Positions 1 to 7,946 of a stretch of DNA of 64,000 bases are shown piece by piece (positions within the stretch are counted from its first letter, which is position 1; each line of letters opens with the position of its first letter). The stretch is from Planctomycetaceae bacterium (GTDB lineage Bacteria > Planctomycetota > Planctomycetia > Planctomycetales > Planctomycetaceae). A program made the translations under genes and the position numbers. The DNA is taken from assembly GCA_003508595.1 (NCBI GenBank), contig DNUF01000128.1:21069-85068 (forward strand), given 5' to 3'. The notes beneath the pieces are model-generated. The model saw only the letters and a program-made list of their open reading frames with translations, made no database searches and was not told the DNA's origin.

Positions 1-1
1 G

Positions 2-703
2 TCGCTGCTGGCCGAGGTCGGTGTCGACTGGACGGGAATCCATGCGTTCCTGCTGACCCACACCCATTCCGACCACTGGCACCCCGGGGTCATCCAGCAA
101 TTGTGGGAACGACGGATCCCCCTTTTCTGCCATGGTTCACATCGCAAAGCGCTGCAGGCGGGAGCCCCCGATTTTGTCTCCCTCGGGTTTGCCGGTTTGT
201 TGCGGTATTTCGAAACCGGACGGTGCTTCGACCCCTTGCCCGGAGTGCGCTGCCGGCCCCTGGCGATTCCCCACGATGGAGGAGCGACATTTGGATTCCG
301 GTTTGATGGCTCCGGTTGGGGGGTGGCCTATGCGGCCGACCTTGGCTCTTGGGACCGCCAACTCGCCCCGGCGTTTGCCGACGTCGACCTCCTGGCCCTG
401 GAATTCAATCATGACCTCGACCTCCAGCGGGCCAGTCGACGTCCGGGCTGGCTGGTGAATCGTGTCCTGGGAGACCACGGGCACCTGTCCAATCACCAGG
501 GAGCGCGGTTGCTGAAGGAATGCATCCAGGCGTCGGTCCAACGGCCTCCCCGGCATGTGGTCCAATTGCACCTCAGCAAGGACTGCAACACTCCGGAACT
601 CGCATCGGCCGCCGCGCAGGCGATCCTCGATGAATTTGCGGTTCGGGCCACGCTGCACACCACGTGGCAGGGAGCACGGGGCCCCAGCATTCACATCACC
701 TGA
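2..703 (+). CDS. MBL-fold metallo-hydrolase (5' end outside window)
   Basis: The frame is open from the window edge. The translation carries the HxHxDH zinc motif (THTHSDHW, about nt 56-79) and a later GDHGHLSN segment. Stop at 701-703. Confidence 0.75.
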   Translation, partial: SLLAEVGVDWTGIHAFLLTHTHSDHWHPGVIQQLWERRIPLFCHGSHRKALQAGAPDFVSLGFAGLLRYFETGRCFDPLPGVRCRPLAIPHDGGATFGFRFDGSGWGVAYAADLGSWDRQLAPAFADVDLLALEFNHDLDLQRASRRPGWLVNRVLGDHGHLSNHQGARLLKECIQASVQRPPRHVVQLHLSKDCNTPELASAAAQAILDEFAVRATLHTTWQGARGPSIHIT

Positions 704-826
704 CGGCCCCCGCGTGGCCTGCGGATCCCGACGGGCCCAGCGCGGATTCCTCCCCCGCTTCCCCACGGAGCAACCTGGTCACACGGTTGGCCTGCTCTTG
801 GGTTCTCTTGCCGCTTGGTTTGCATG

Positions 827-1999
827 TCACGGGGTTCGAATCCACCTCCGTACTTCCGCCTCCCTGAGATCGAGCGTCTGCAGGCAGTCTTCGGGGCTGG
901 CCCCCCCGGCCAGGACCGTGCAGACCGGGTCCCCCGGCCGCAGTGGCTGGCCCGCCACGGGAATGTCAGAATAGACCGCCGGAGTAAAACCCAGTCTCCA
1001 ACGAGGCAGATCGGGCGGAAACTCGGCGACACCGGGCTCGTTGGCATAGACGATTCGTTTCGCCACAAAACGAGGCCGTTGCGCGGACGAACAGTGCATT
1101 TCCCGATCGATGTCCGATGGCAACGGGGGAAGTTCTCCCGGGTATCCGCAGGCACTGGCATGTTCCCGCAGCAACGGTCGTCGCAAAATCCACTCGAACA
1201 GTTCCACCGAAGCGGTGTAGCGCGGATTGATCTCCAGCAACCAGGGTGTCTCTCCCTCGAGGCGAAAGTCGCAGCCGAACAACCCACGCAGCTCCAACTG
1301 TTCCGCCAGGACCGCTCCGAGGGAGTGCAGATGCTGCAAGACCGAAGGCGAGGGGGTCTCCCCGACCAGGTTGCCGTGCCAGGCGTGGAGCAACGCGGTA
1401 CCGGCCACACGTCCCGACCATTGCCGGGTCGTTCCCAGCAACTCTGTTCGGTCGGCATGTGCCAGGAACAGCCCTGAAAAATCTTCCCCGCCCACCCAAC
1501 GCTGAAAATAATACGGTTCCCGGGGAAGCGGTTTGTGGGGGGGGCCCCAGAAGACAACCCCCCGGCCGCCCGAGCCCCGCCGCGGCTTCACCAGCCACTG
1601 CCCATCGGCGGGCGGAGGTGCCCTGGGGGGACACACCGGCAGCGTCTGGATCCGGAACCGTGCCAGAAGTTCCGCGACGGCAAAAGGATCACGGGCCCGG
1701 CGCAACACCCTGGCCCCGCACCCAAGCAACGGCTGCCTTCGGGCAAGACAGCCGACCAGTCCCGGGCGATTCTCGCCTCCACCGGTATAGATCCACGGGA
1801 CTTGGGGAAGTGTCTTCAGCCATGGGACGAGTTGACCGGGAGAGTCAGGCCAAGAGTGGACGGGGGTGAGTTCCCGCAGGTCCCGGTCGGCATAGGCATC
1901 GACACACAGGGGCCGAAAACCAGCCCGGCAGGCGGACTGGGCCGCTCCCCGGGCACTGGCCCCGAGAATCAGCAATGGGACGGTAGACGACACGACCAT
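827..1999 (-). CDS. ATP-grasp domain protein, probably tetrahydromethanopterin-pathway associated
   Basis: C-terminal 390 codons of ORF 827..2713. The segment TPWLLEINPRYTASVELFE is typical of the ATP-grasp C-domain. The upstream part of the ORF is antisense to fae, so I set the start at ATG 1997-1999. It is divergent from fae and the mtd-like gene. Confidence 0.6.
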   Translation of the reverse strand: MVVSSTVPLLILGASARGAAQSACRAGFRPLCVDAYADRDLRELTPVHSWPDSPGQLVPWLKTLPQVPWIYTGGGENRPGLVGCLARRQPLLGCGARVLRRARDPFAVAELLARFRIQTLPVCPPRAPPPADGQWLVKPRRGSGGRGVVFWGPPHKPLPREPYYFQRWVGGEDFSGLFLAHADRTELLGTTRQWSGRVAGTALLHAWHGNLVGETPSPSVLQHLHSLGAVLAEQLELRGLFGCDFRLEGETPWLLEINPRYTASVELFEWILRRPLLREHASACGYPGELPPLPSDIDREMHCSSAQRPRFVAKRIVYANEPGVAEFPPDLPRWRLGFTPAVYSDIPVAGQPLRPGDPVCTVLAGGASPEDCLQTLDLREAEVRRWIRTP

Positions 2000-2185
2000 C
2001 AGCCTGCGGTGAAGGATCTGTTCCGGGATCCCGGCGGGCGGGGCTGGCGACTGGCAATCCCGCAGTGCAGTTGTTATCAAAACGGGACTTCGGTGTCGTC
2101 GCTCGGCCACTCCCCAACGGGGTGGACGGATCGAGGGCACCGTGTTCCTTTTGAGTCTTGCTGACCCCCGTAGAGAGAGACGTTC

Positions 2186-2683
2186 ATGTCGATGTACATT
2201 GGTGAAGCGTTGTGCGGTGATGGAAATGAAGTGGCCCATATCGATCTGCTGATCGGTGACAAGTCGGGTCCCGTGGGTCACGCATTCGCCGAAGCCCTCG
2301 CCCGCCAGTCGGCCGGTCACAGCAACCTGCTGGCCGTGCTGACCCCGAACCTCGCGGTCAAGCCCGCCACCGTGATGATCACCAAGGTCACCATCAAGGG
2401 TGCCAAGCAGGCTGTCCAGATGTTTGGCCCCGCCCAGTACGGCGTTGCCAAGGCGGTCGCCGACTGCGTTGAGCAGGGCATCATCCCCAAGGATCAGTGC
2501 GAAAACCTCGTCATCGTCTGCGGCGTCTTCATCCACTGGGATGCCAGCGACGACAAGAAGATCCTCGACTACAACTACGAGGCCACCAAGCTTGCCATCG
2601 CCCGCGCGATGAAGGGTGAACCCTCGGCCAGCGAAATGCTCGCCAAGAAAGACACCGCCAAGCACCCGTTCGCTGGTGCCTGA
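2186..2683 (+). CDS. fae: formaldehyde-activating enzyme (5,6,7,8-tetrahydromethanopterin hydro-lyase)
   Basis: 165 aa. The strings GEALCGDGNEVAHIDLLIG, AVQMFGPAQYGVA, FIHWDA, YNYEATKLAI and HPFAGA match the Fae family along the full length. A purine-rich stretch (GAGAGAGA) sits upstream of the ATG. Confidence 0.9.
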   Translation: MSMYIGEALCGDGNEVAHIDLLIGDKSGPVGHAFAEALARQSAGHSNLLAVLTPNLAVKPATVMITKVTIKGAKQAVQMFGPAQYGVAKAVADCVEQGIIPKDQCENLVIVCGVFIHWDASDDKKILDYNYEATKLAIARAMKGEPSASEMLAKKDTAKHPFAGA

Positions 2684-2745
2684 TGGTGCGGGCCGGAATG
2701 CCTTTGCTGGCACTTTTCGGCCCGAACTTTTGGCTCGCTCGTTTC

Positions 2746-2783
2746 AGGCACGTTCCAGTCTCCTCTGGAACGTGCCTTTTTTC
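2746..2783 (+). terminator. rho-independent terminator downstream of fae
   Basis: Perfect 13 bp stem AGGCACGTTCCAG (2746-2758) / CTGGAACGTGCCT (2765-2777) with a 6 nt loop, followed by a T run (2778-2782). Confidence 0.85.
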
Positions 2784-2861
2784 TGATGGGCGTGCGCCCG
2801 GGGTCATCCCTGCTCTGGCGACACAACCGATTCATCGTTCCTTTGGCAGGCTCACTCTGGC

Positions 2862-3722
2862 ATGAAAACGATCCTGATCCAGCTCGACACCGATCCCCTT
2901 CCCAGCACGTTCGACCGAGTTGTGGCGGTCGATGCCGACGTCGACCATCTTTTCAGCTATGGCGGAGTGACCCCCGAACAGGTGGAACCCCTGGTCCACG
3001 GCGCGATGTTCACCCGCGGCCCAAAAGACCTCAAGCACACCGCGATCTTCATTGGGGGCAGCAACGTTGCCGCGGGGGAACAACTGCTGGCGAAGGTCCA
3101 GAAGGTGTTTTTTGGCCCGGTGCGGGTCTCGGTCCTGATGGACTCGAACGGTTCAAACACAACCGCCGCAGCCGCGGTGCTGTCGGCACGCAAGCACCTG
3201 ACCCTGTCGGGTTGTGAAGCGGTGATCCTCGCCGGAACCGGCCCCGTCGGCCAGCGTGCTGCCCAGATTCTCGCCTCCGAGGGAGCCCGCGTCCGCGTTG
3301 CCTCACGATCTCAGGCCCGCGCAGCCCAGACCTGCGACGCCATTCGAGCTGTGGTTCCCTCAGCCCAACTGGTCCCGGTCGCTGCCGGGAATGCCGCCGA
3401 AACCCGCACCGCCTGCGAGGGTGCCACACTGGTGATCGCCGCAGGTACTGCCGGCGTCGAGTTGCTCTCGGTCGAAACCCGTGCGCAACTGCCGGCGCTC
3501 AAGGTGGCCATCGACCTGAATGCCGTTCCTCCGGCGGGAATTGCCGGGGTCGAGGTGTTTGACAAAGGAACCGATCGGGGTGGCGTCGCCTGCTATGGTG
3601 CCATCGGTGTCGGGGGTTTGAAGATGAAGATCCACAAGGGGGCGATCCGCCAATTGTTCGAATCGAACGATGCAGTCCTCGACACAGCTGCCATCTACCA
3701 ACTGGGACTCGACCTCGTCTGA
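2862..3722 (+). CDS. NAD(P)-dependent methylene-tetrahydromethanopterin dehydrogenase (MtdA/MtdB/MtdC family)
   Basis: 286 aa. It has a Rossmann motif (LAGTGPVGQRAAQIL) and N-terminal similarity to the Mtd family (IQLDTDP, FIGGSN). It lies adjacent to fae. I cannot tell the A/B/C subtype by eye. Confidence 0.75.
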   Translation: MKTILIQLDTDPLPSTFDRVVAVDADVDHLFSYGGVTPEQVEPLVHGAMFTRGPKDLKHTAIFIGGSNVAAGEQLLAKVQKVFFGPVRVSVLMDSNGSNTTAAAAVLSARKHLTLSGCEAVILAGTGPVGQRAAQILASEGARVRVASRSQARAAQTCDAIRAVVPSAQLVPVAAGNAAETRTACEGATLVIAAGTAGVELLSVETRAQLPALKVAIDLNAVPPAGIAGVEVFDKGTDRGGVACYGAIGVGGLKMKIHKGAIRQLFESNDAVLDTAAIYQLGLDLV

Positions 3723-3753
3723 CCGAGGGAGTTGCCTCACAGTTGCGCAGCAA

Positions 3754-3788
3754 AACAGGGACGGGATCCAGCTGATCCCGTCCCTGTT
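3754..3788. terminator. bidirectional hairpin terminator between convergent genes
   Basis: Perfect 15 bp stem AACAGGGACGGGATC (3754-3768) / GATCCCGTCCCTGTT (3774-3788) with a 5 nt loop. T-rich sequence follows on the plus strand (TCTTTCG) and on the minus strand (TTTG). It sits between the mtd-like stop (3722) and the S51 peptidase stop (3905). Confidence 0.75.
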
Positions 3789-3904
3789 TCTTTCGAATTC
3801 AGACCCCGCCTTTCCGACATCAACTGGCGGAGTCCAACTGGTCGCGTTCGATGCAGTCCTCATCAACAGGGCGTGTCCCAACTGCGATCATTTCGCAGCC
3901 CCGT

Positions 3905-5779
3905 CTACTCACAGACGAGAGGGGGAGTGGAGACCTCAATCGTTTCCTCGTCAGCGGCCTCATCCACAGCCACGAATGCCCGGCGGGATTCGCGAAGGTC
4001 ATCATCCGAGTTGACAGAACCGACCCTCGACCGCTCGAGCAGGTGATAACGATCGTCGGCCAGCAAGACTTCACAATCTTCTTCACTCTGCTGCTCGGTA
4101 TCCATCATGTCGAAGACCGAGACGCGGTTGAATCCGAAGACATGCATCTCTTCCCCCCGAATCACCAGGGCGGTCGATTCGTCGAGGCCCAACCCCAGCA
4201 ACTGGGGATGCAACCGCTTGAGGTGAGCCATGTCACCCCTGCGATTCCGTTGTGAAAAATAGGGGTCGACAGCCGTTCCGGGAAGCAACCCCAATCCATC
4301 TTCATATCCCTCTCCGATCACATGCCGATTGGAGACCGGATTGCCACGGACCAGGTAACTGGCCAGGACCGAGGCACCGGCGGCAGAACCGCCGATCGCC
4401 CCATCCCGCCGCAGAAGATCCCGCAACTGCTGGTGGACCAGTGTGTCTTCGAGGGCATCCATCACCCGCCACTGACGGCCACCGGTGAACCAGACCCCCC
4501 CCGCCTGCTCAAACATCTCAGCGACCTGAGGATCATTCGCCTGCTGCCGGTCCGCGAGGTGCAGGCAGAGTGTATTGGTGGCACCGGCCTCCTTGAGGAA
4601 ACGGACTGTTTCCTCGCTGTCTGGAGGCGCATCTCCCGAAGCGGTCGTGATGACAATGATCAAACCCTGCGGACCACCAGAATGTTCGATGAATCGTTCG
4701 ACGGCATCCCGGGGAATCTCACCTCCCCCGGCAAGAACCACCGTCCCCTGGGGAAGACCCTTTTCATGCACAGGATTGGGGTCGGGCAACCGTGGATTCA
4801 GACGACGACTGGCCGATCGGGCCAGGGCCAGAAGGTCCACCTCATCCCCCGGTTGCAGCAATTCGGTCCGGGGAGATTTCTCACCGGTCCCGGCCAGGCA
4901 AGTCATGACCTGGGAATCGGATTCATCGAGAACCACCATCTTCCGCCCCTGAACGACCAGAGTCGTTCCCTCATCAATGCCCAGTCCCACGAGCTCGGGG
5001 AAGTTGCTGAGGGCATTCAGCAGCCGATCCTGACGATGCCTTTTCAGAAAGTGCTGATCCACGACCGTACCCGGCAGGAACCCAAACCCGCGATCGAGTT
5101 CGGGCTCGGGATTGCCTCCCTTGATCATCACTTGCGACATGATGGCCGCACCGGCGGAGGTACCACCAATCACTCCGCCTCGTTCGAGAACCTTCCACAA
5201 CTGCCGCTCAAAGCGGGTGTCGAGGTAGGCTTCAGTGAGGCGCGATTGATGACCACCGATAAACCAGACGGCGGTGGCGTTTTCCAGGGGGAGGCAGAAC
5301 GCCTCGGAGTCGGCTACGTCACGCTCACGGGTATGCAGGAAACACAAGTCCTGGAGCTTCAGATTTCGGAAGGGTGCGATCCGGGGTTCGACCTCGGGGG
5401 TGTCGGCCGTTTCGCTGGCGGTGGTCACAACGACCAGACGGCAGCGATCTCCACCACCAAAATCGACAAAACGCTCCAGAGACGCTTCCGACAGCCGACC
5501 CCCTCCCGAGATGAACAAAGTTCCCGTCACCGGGCGGGCAGGATCCGCCTGAAGGGTCGAGCGTCCCGAAGCAATCGCCGCAACCGCCGGTTTGGATCCG
5601 GCTGGATTCGCACCGATCACATTCGATCGGGGAACATTCGATTGAGCCAGCAATACTCCCGGTACCACCGGCAGGTAAACCAGGGTCCACATGAGGGACC
5701 TCCAGATACTCTGGGTGAAACCCCGTCCCGTGGGGTGTGGCAGGCTTCCTTGCCTGTACAGCAGTTTGTGTGACGTCAT
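3905..5779 (-). CDS. secreted protein with two tandem cyanophycinase-like peptidase S51 domains
   Basis: Two repeats of the S51 pattern: GGG...(V/I)TTAS...WF(I/T)GG...GG(T/S)(S/A)AGA. Domain 1 has GVIGGTSAGAAI and domain 2 has GAIGGSAAGASV. The N-terminus is hydrophobic and signal-like (MWTLVYLPVVPGVLLAQS). The start is ambiguous between ATG 5779 and ATG 5692. Confidence 0.75.
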   Translation of the reverse strand: MTSHKLLYRQGSLPHPTGRGFTQSIWRSLMWTLVYLPVVPGVLLAQSNVPRSNVIGANPAGSKPAVAAIASGRSTLQADPARPVTGTLFISGGGRLSEASLERFVDFGGGDRCRLVVVTTASETADTPEVEPRIAPFRNLKLQDLCFLHTRERDVADSEAFCLPLENATAVWFIGGHQSRLTEAYLDTRFERQLWKVLERGGVIGGTSAGAAIMSQVMIKGGNPEPELDRGFGFLPGTVVDQHFLKRHRQDRLLNALSNFPELVGLGIDEGTTLVVQGRKMVVLDESDSQVMTCLAGTGEKSPRTELLQPGDEVDLLALARSASRRLNPRLPDPNPVHEKGLPQGTVVLAGGGEIPRDAVERFIEHSGGPQGLIIVITTASGDAPPDSEETVRFLKEAGATNTLCLHLADRQQANDPQVAEMFEQAGGVWFTGGRQWRVMDALEDTLVHQQLRDLLRRDGAIGGSAAGASVLASYLVRGNPVSNRHVIGEGYEDGLGLLPGTAVDPYFSQRNRRGDMAHLKRLHPQLLGLGLDESTALVIRGEEMHVFGFNRVSVFDMMDTEQQSEEDCEVLLADDRYHLLERSRVGSVNSDDDLRESRRAFVAVDEAADEETIEVSTPPLVCE

Positions 5780-6480
5780 GTCGCTCCTCCGGGTGAACCA
5801 CAACGGCCGCAGTCCCACCGACGCCTCGCGGGCACTCCGCACAGTGTTGCCGCAACAGAAGTTGCGTCGTCCTGCACTCGGGAAACTGAAGTCTTGGGGA
5901 ATCGTAGGAAACTTCCTCCTGTCGGGAAAGCAGATGGCCGCCTGCCATCTGCGACGCTCCAGACATGCACTGTTTTCAATGCATGCGAAATCTATGCCTG
6001 AACCAATTTTTCCGCAATGTCAACCACTTTCAAGTGGTGTTTCCTGCAGAAAAACGGGTTTCTCCTCTGATAAGACACTGCGGAACGCTGATTGGTTCCG
6101 GAATCCGATGCAGGGTTCGCCTGTTCCCCTGCCCAGATGACAGGCAAACGAAGCTCAAAAACTGACACTTCCCCCCGCCGAACTTCTCAGAGCTGCGGAA
6201 TCGATGGCTGCGGGACGTCAACCACGTCCTCCCACTCAACTCCCATCGGATTCCCCAAGAAGACTTGGCCACGATCTTCCCCCCCTTCAACCCGAATCCC
6301 CGCCTCCGACTGCACGGGGACAGCAGATGACGTCCGGCACAGGAATCCCGAATCTGCCAGTATTATCAAGTTTGACGAAACTGACCGCCCCACGCACGAC
6401 TCACCCGGGAGATTCGGCGCGTCGCCAGCTATCATGGAAGCCCAACAATTGCCCCTGTGTCTCTTGACCCCCAAGGTGGT

Positions 6481-7815
6481 ATGACTCTCCGTTCCCTGAC
6501 TGCCCGGCGTTTGGACCGGCAAGTGGTGTTCGCCTGCCTGAGCCTCGCCGCCGGCTGCCTGACTTCGTTCGAACCGCTTTCCAAGGTCGCCCGGGGGGCT
6601 GATGACCCGCTGACGTTGCAGATCCCCGCAGCCACAGCCTACATCGACCCCAATCCCGAAGGAGCCCTTGTCGATGACGCGGGAGTCCGACGCTGGAACG
6701 GCCCCGAGCAGAGGCTGCTCTTTTTTGGTGAGTTTGCCACAACCGGTGAGCTCCACGCCCGGCTGACCCTTCGACTCCCCGAGAAGGCGGTCAGCCGCCT
6801 CCAACTCTCCCTGGGAACAGAACAGCATTCCGCCACTGCGACCGGAGCCGGACTTTCCCAGAGCGTCACAATCGACCTGGGGAAATTCAAGATTGCCGAG
6901 CCCGGCTACCAGAAGTTTGTCCTCGGTTCCCTAAACGCCGCTGGCGAAACAAACGGGCACATCGAATCGCTCGAACTTTCAGGACCCGCTGTCGAGAAGG
7001 CTCATTTCAATCCCGATCCCCGCCGAAATGCCGCCTCGGTCCACCTCGCCTATCCGGTCGACAAAGACGCCCCCGTCGCCTGGTTCTACAGCGAAGTGAC
7101 CGCCATCGAAGACCCGGTCACCACTTTCTACATGGCCTGTGGCTTTCGCCGTGGCTACTTCGGCATGCAGGTGAACAGCACGACCGAACGCCGCATCATC
7201 TTCAGCGTCTGGGATGCCGGCACAGGCTCCAACGCCAATGACCGCCGGGAAGTGGCCGAAGAAAACCATGTCACCCTCGTTGGAAAGGGAGAGGGGGTTC
7301 ACACCTCGGTTTTTGGCGGCGAGGGGACCGGCGGTCACAGCCACCTCAAATACAACTGGAAGACCGGCCAACCTCAACGGTTTCTCGTCACGGCAGAGCC
7401 GGTGGGAACCGGGCAGACGATCTACAGCGGCTTTTACTTCCATCCCGACAATCAGGAATGGATGCTGATTTCGAGCATGAAGGCTCCCAAGGATGGACAG
7501 CATCTCAAGGGGCTGCACGGGTTCAGCGAGAACTTCTGGGGAAGCACCGGGCACGTGCAGCGCAAAGCCCGGTATGGCAACCAGTGGATTCGGCTTGCGG
7601 ACGACACGTGGCAGGAACTGACAGCCGCCACGTTCAGCCACGATCCCACCGGCAAAGAACACCGCCGCGACCGTTTCATGGGGGTCGAGGAGGGGCAGTT
7701 CTTCCTGTCGCACGGCGGCTTCATCCCAGGCTTCACCAGGTTTGGCGAACGGTTTGAACGTCCTGCCGTGGGAACACCACCCCAGATCCAACCTGGCGAT
7801 CTCCGCCCCCGCTGA
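6481..7815 (+). CDS. secreted DUF5077/DUF3472 domain protein
   Basis: Signal-like N-terminus (MTLRSLTARRLDRQVVFACLSLAAGC). The C-terminal half has TTFYMACGFRRGYFGMQVNS and RIIFSVWD, which I recognise as typical of DUF3472. I chose the start at the ATG at 6481 inside ORF 6457..7815. Confidence 0.7.
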   Translation: MTLRSLTARRLDRQVVFACLSLAAGCLTSFEPLSKVARGADDPLTLQIPAATAYIDPNPEGALVDDAGVRRWNGPEQRLLFFGEFATTGELHARLTLRLPEKAVSRLQLSLGTEQHSATATGAGLSQSVTIDLGKFKIAEPGYQKFVLGSLNAAGETNGHIESLELSGPAVEKAHFNPDPRRNAASVHLAYPVDKDAPVAWFYSEVTAIEDPVTTFYMACGFRRGYFGMQVNSTTERRIIFSVWDAGTGSNANDRREVAEENHVTLVGKGEGVHTSVFGGEGTGGHSHLKYNWKTGQPQRFLVTAEPVGTGQTIYSGFYFHPDNQEWMLISSMKAPKDGQHLKGLHGFSENFWGSTGHVQRKARYGNQWIRLADDTWQELTAATFSHDPTGKEHRRDRFMGVEEGQFFLSHGGFIPGFTRFGERFERPAVGTPPQIQPGDLRPR

Positions 7816-7946
7816 ACGCGGGCCCGACAAAAACCGTGACCGCCAGCCGGTGTCTGGCGCAACTGGAACATCTCCCTCGTACTGCCAGCGATCTTCAATG
7901 CGGAGATTTGCCGGCAGGCTTGGGGGTTCCGTGACGGCGAGTCCTC

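Noticed and set aside
827-850. tRNA-like T-loop string GGTTCGAATCC at about 833-843
   Set aside because: The flanking 5-mers (CGGGG / CCACC) pair at only 3 of 5 positions, and no acceptor, D or anticodon arms can be drawn. The string also lies inside the last codons of the ATP-grasp gene. I found no credible tRNA anywhere in the window.
2000-2713. N-terminal 238 codons of ORF 827..2713 (minus), which would make a 628 aa protein
   Set aside because: This part is exactly antisense to fae, which is unambiguous. Its translation is low-complexity (G/D/L/V-rich). The ATP-grasp similarity starts only after the internal ATG at 1999.
4322-5773. Long antisense ORFs opposite confidently called genes (4322..5773+, 12484..13980-, 17556..19184+, 23431..25632+, 36354..38099+, 41594..43348-, 53479..54873+, 57631..59829+, 59111..60502-)
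   Set aside because: All give R/P/G-rich low-complexity translations with no recognisable motifs. Each is the mirror frame of a gene with clear family motifs. This is the expected artefact of high GC content.
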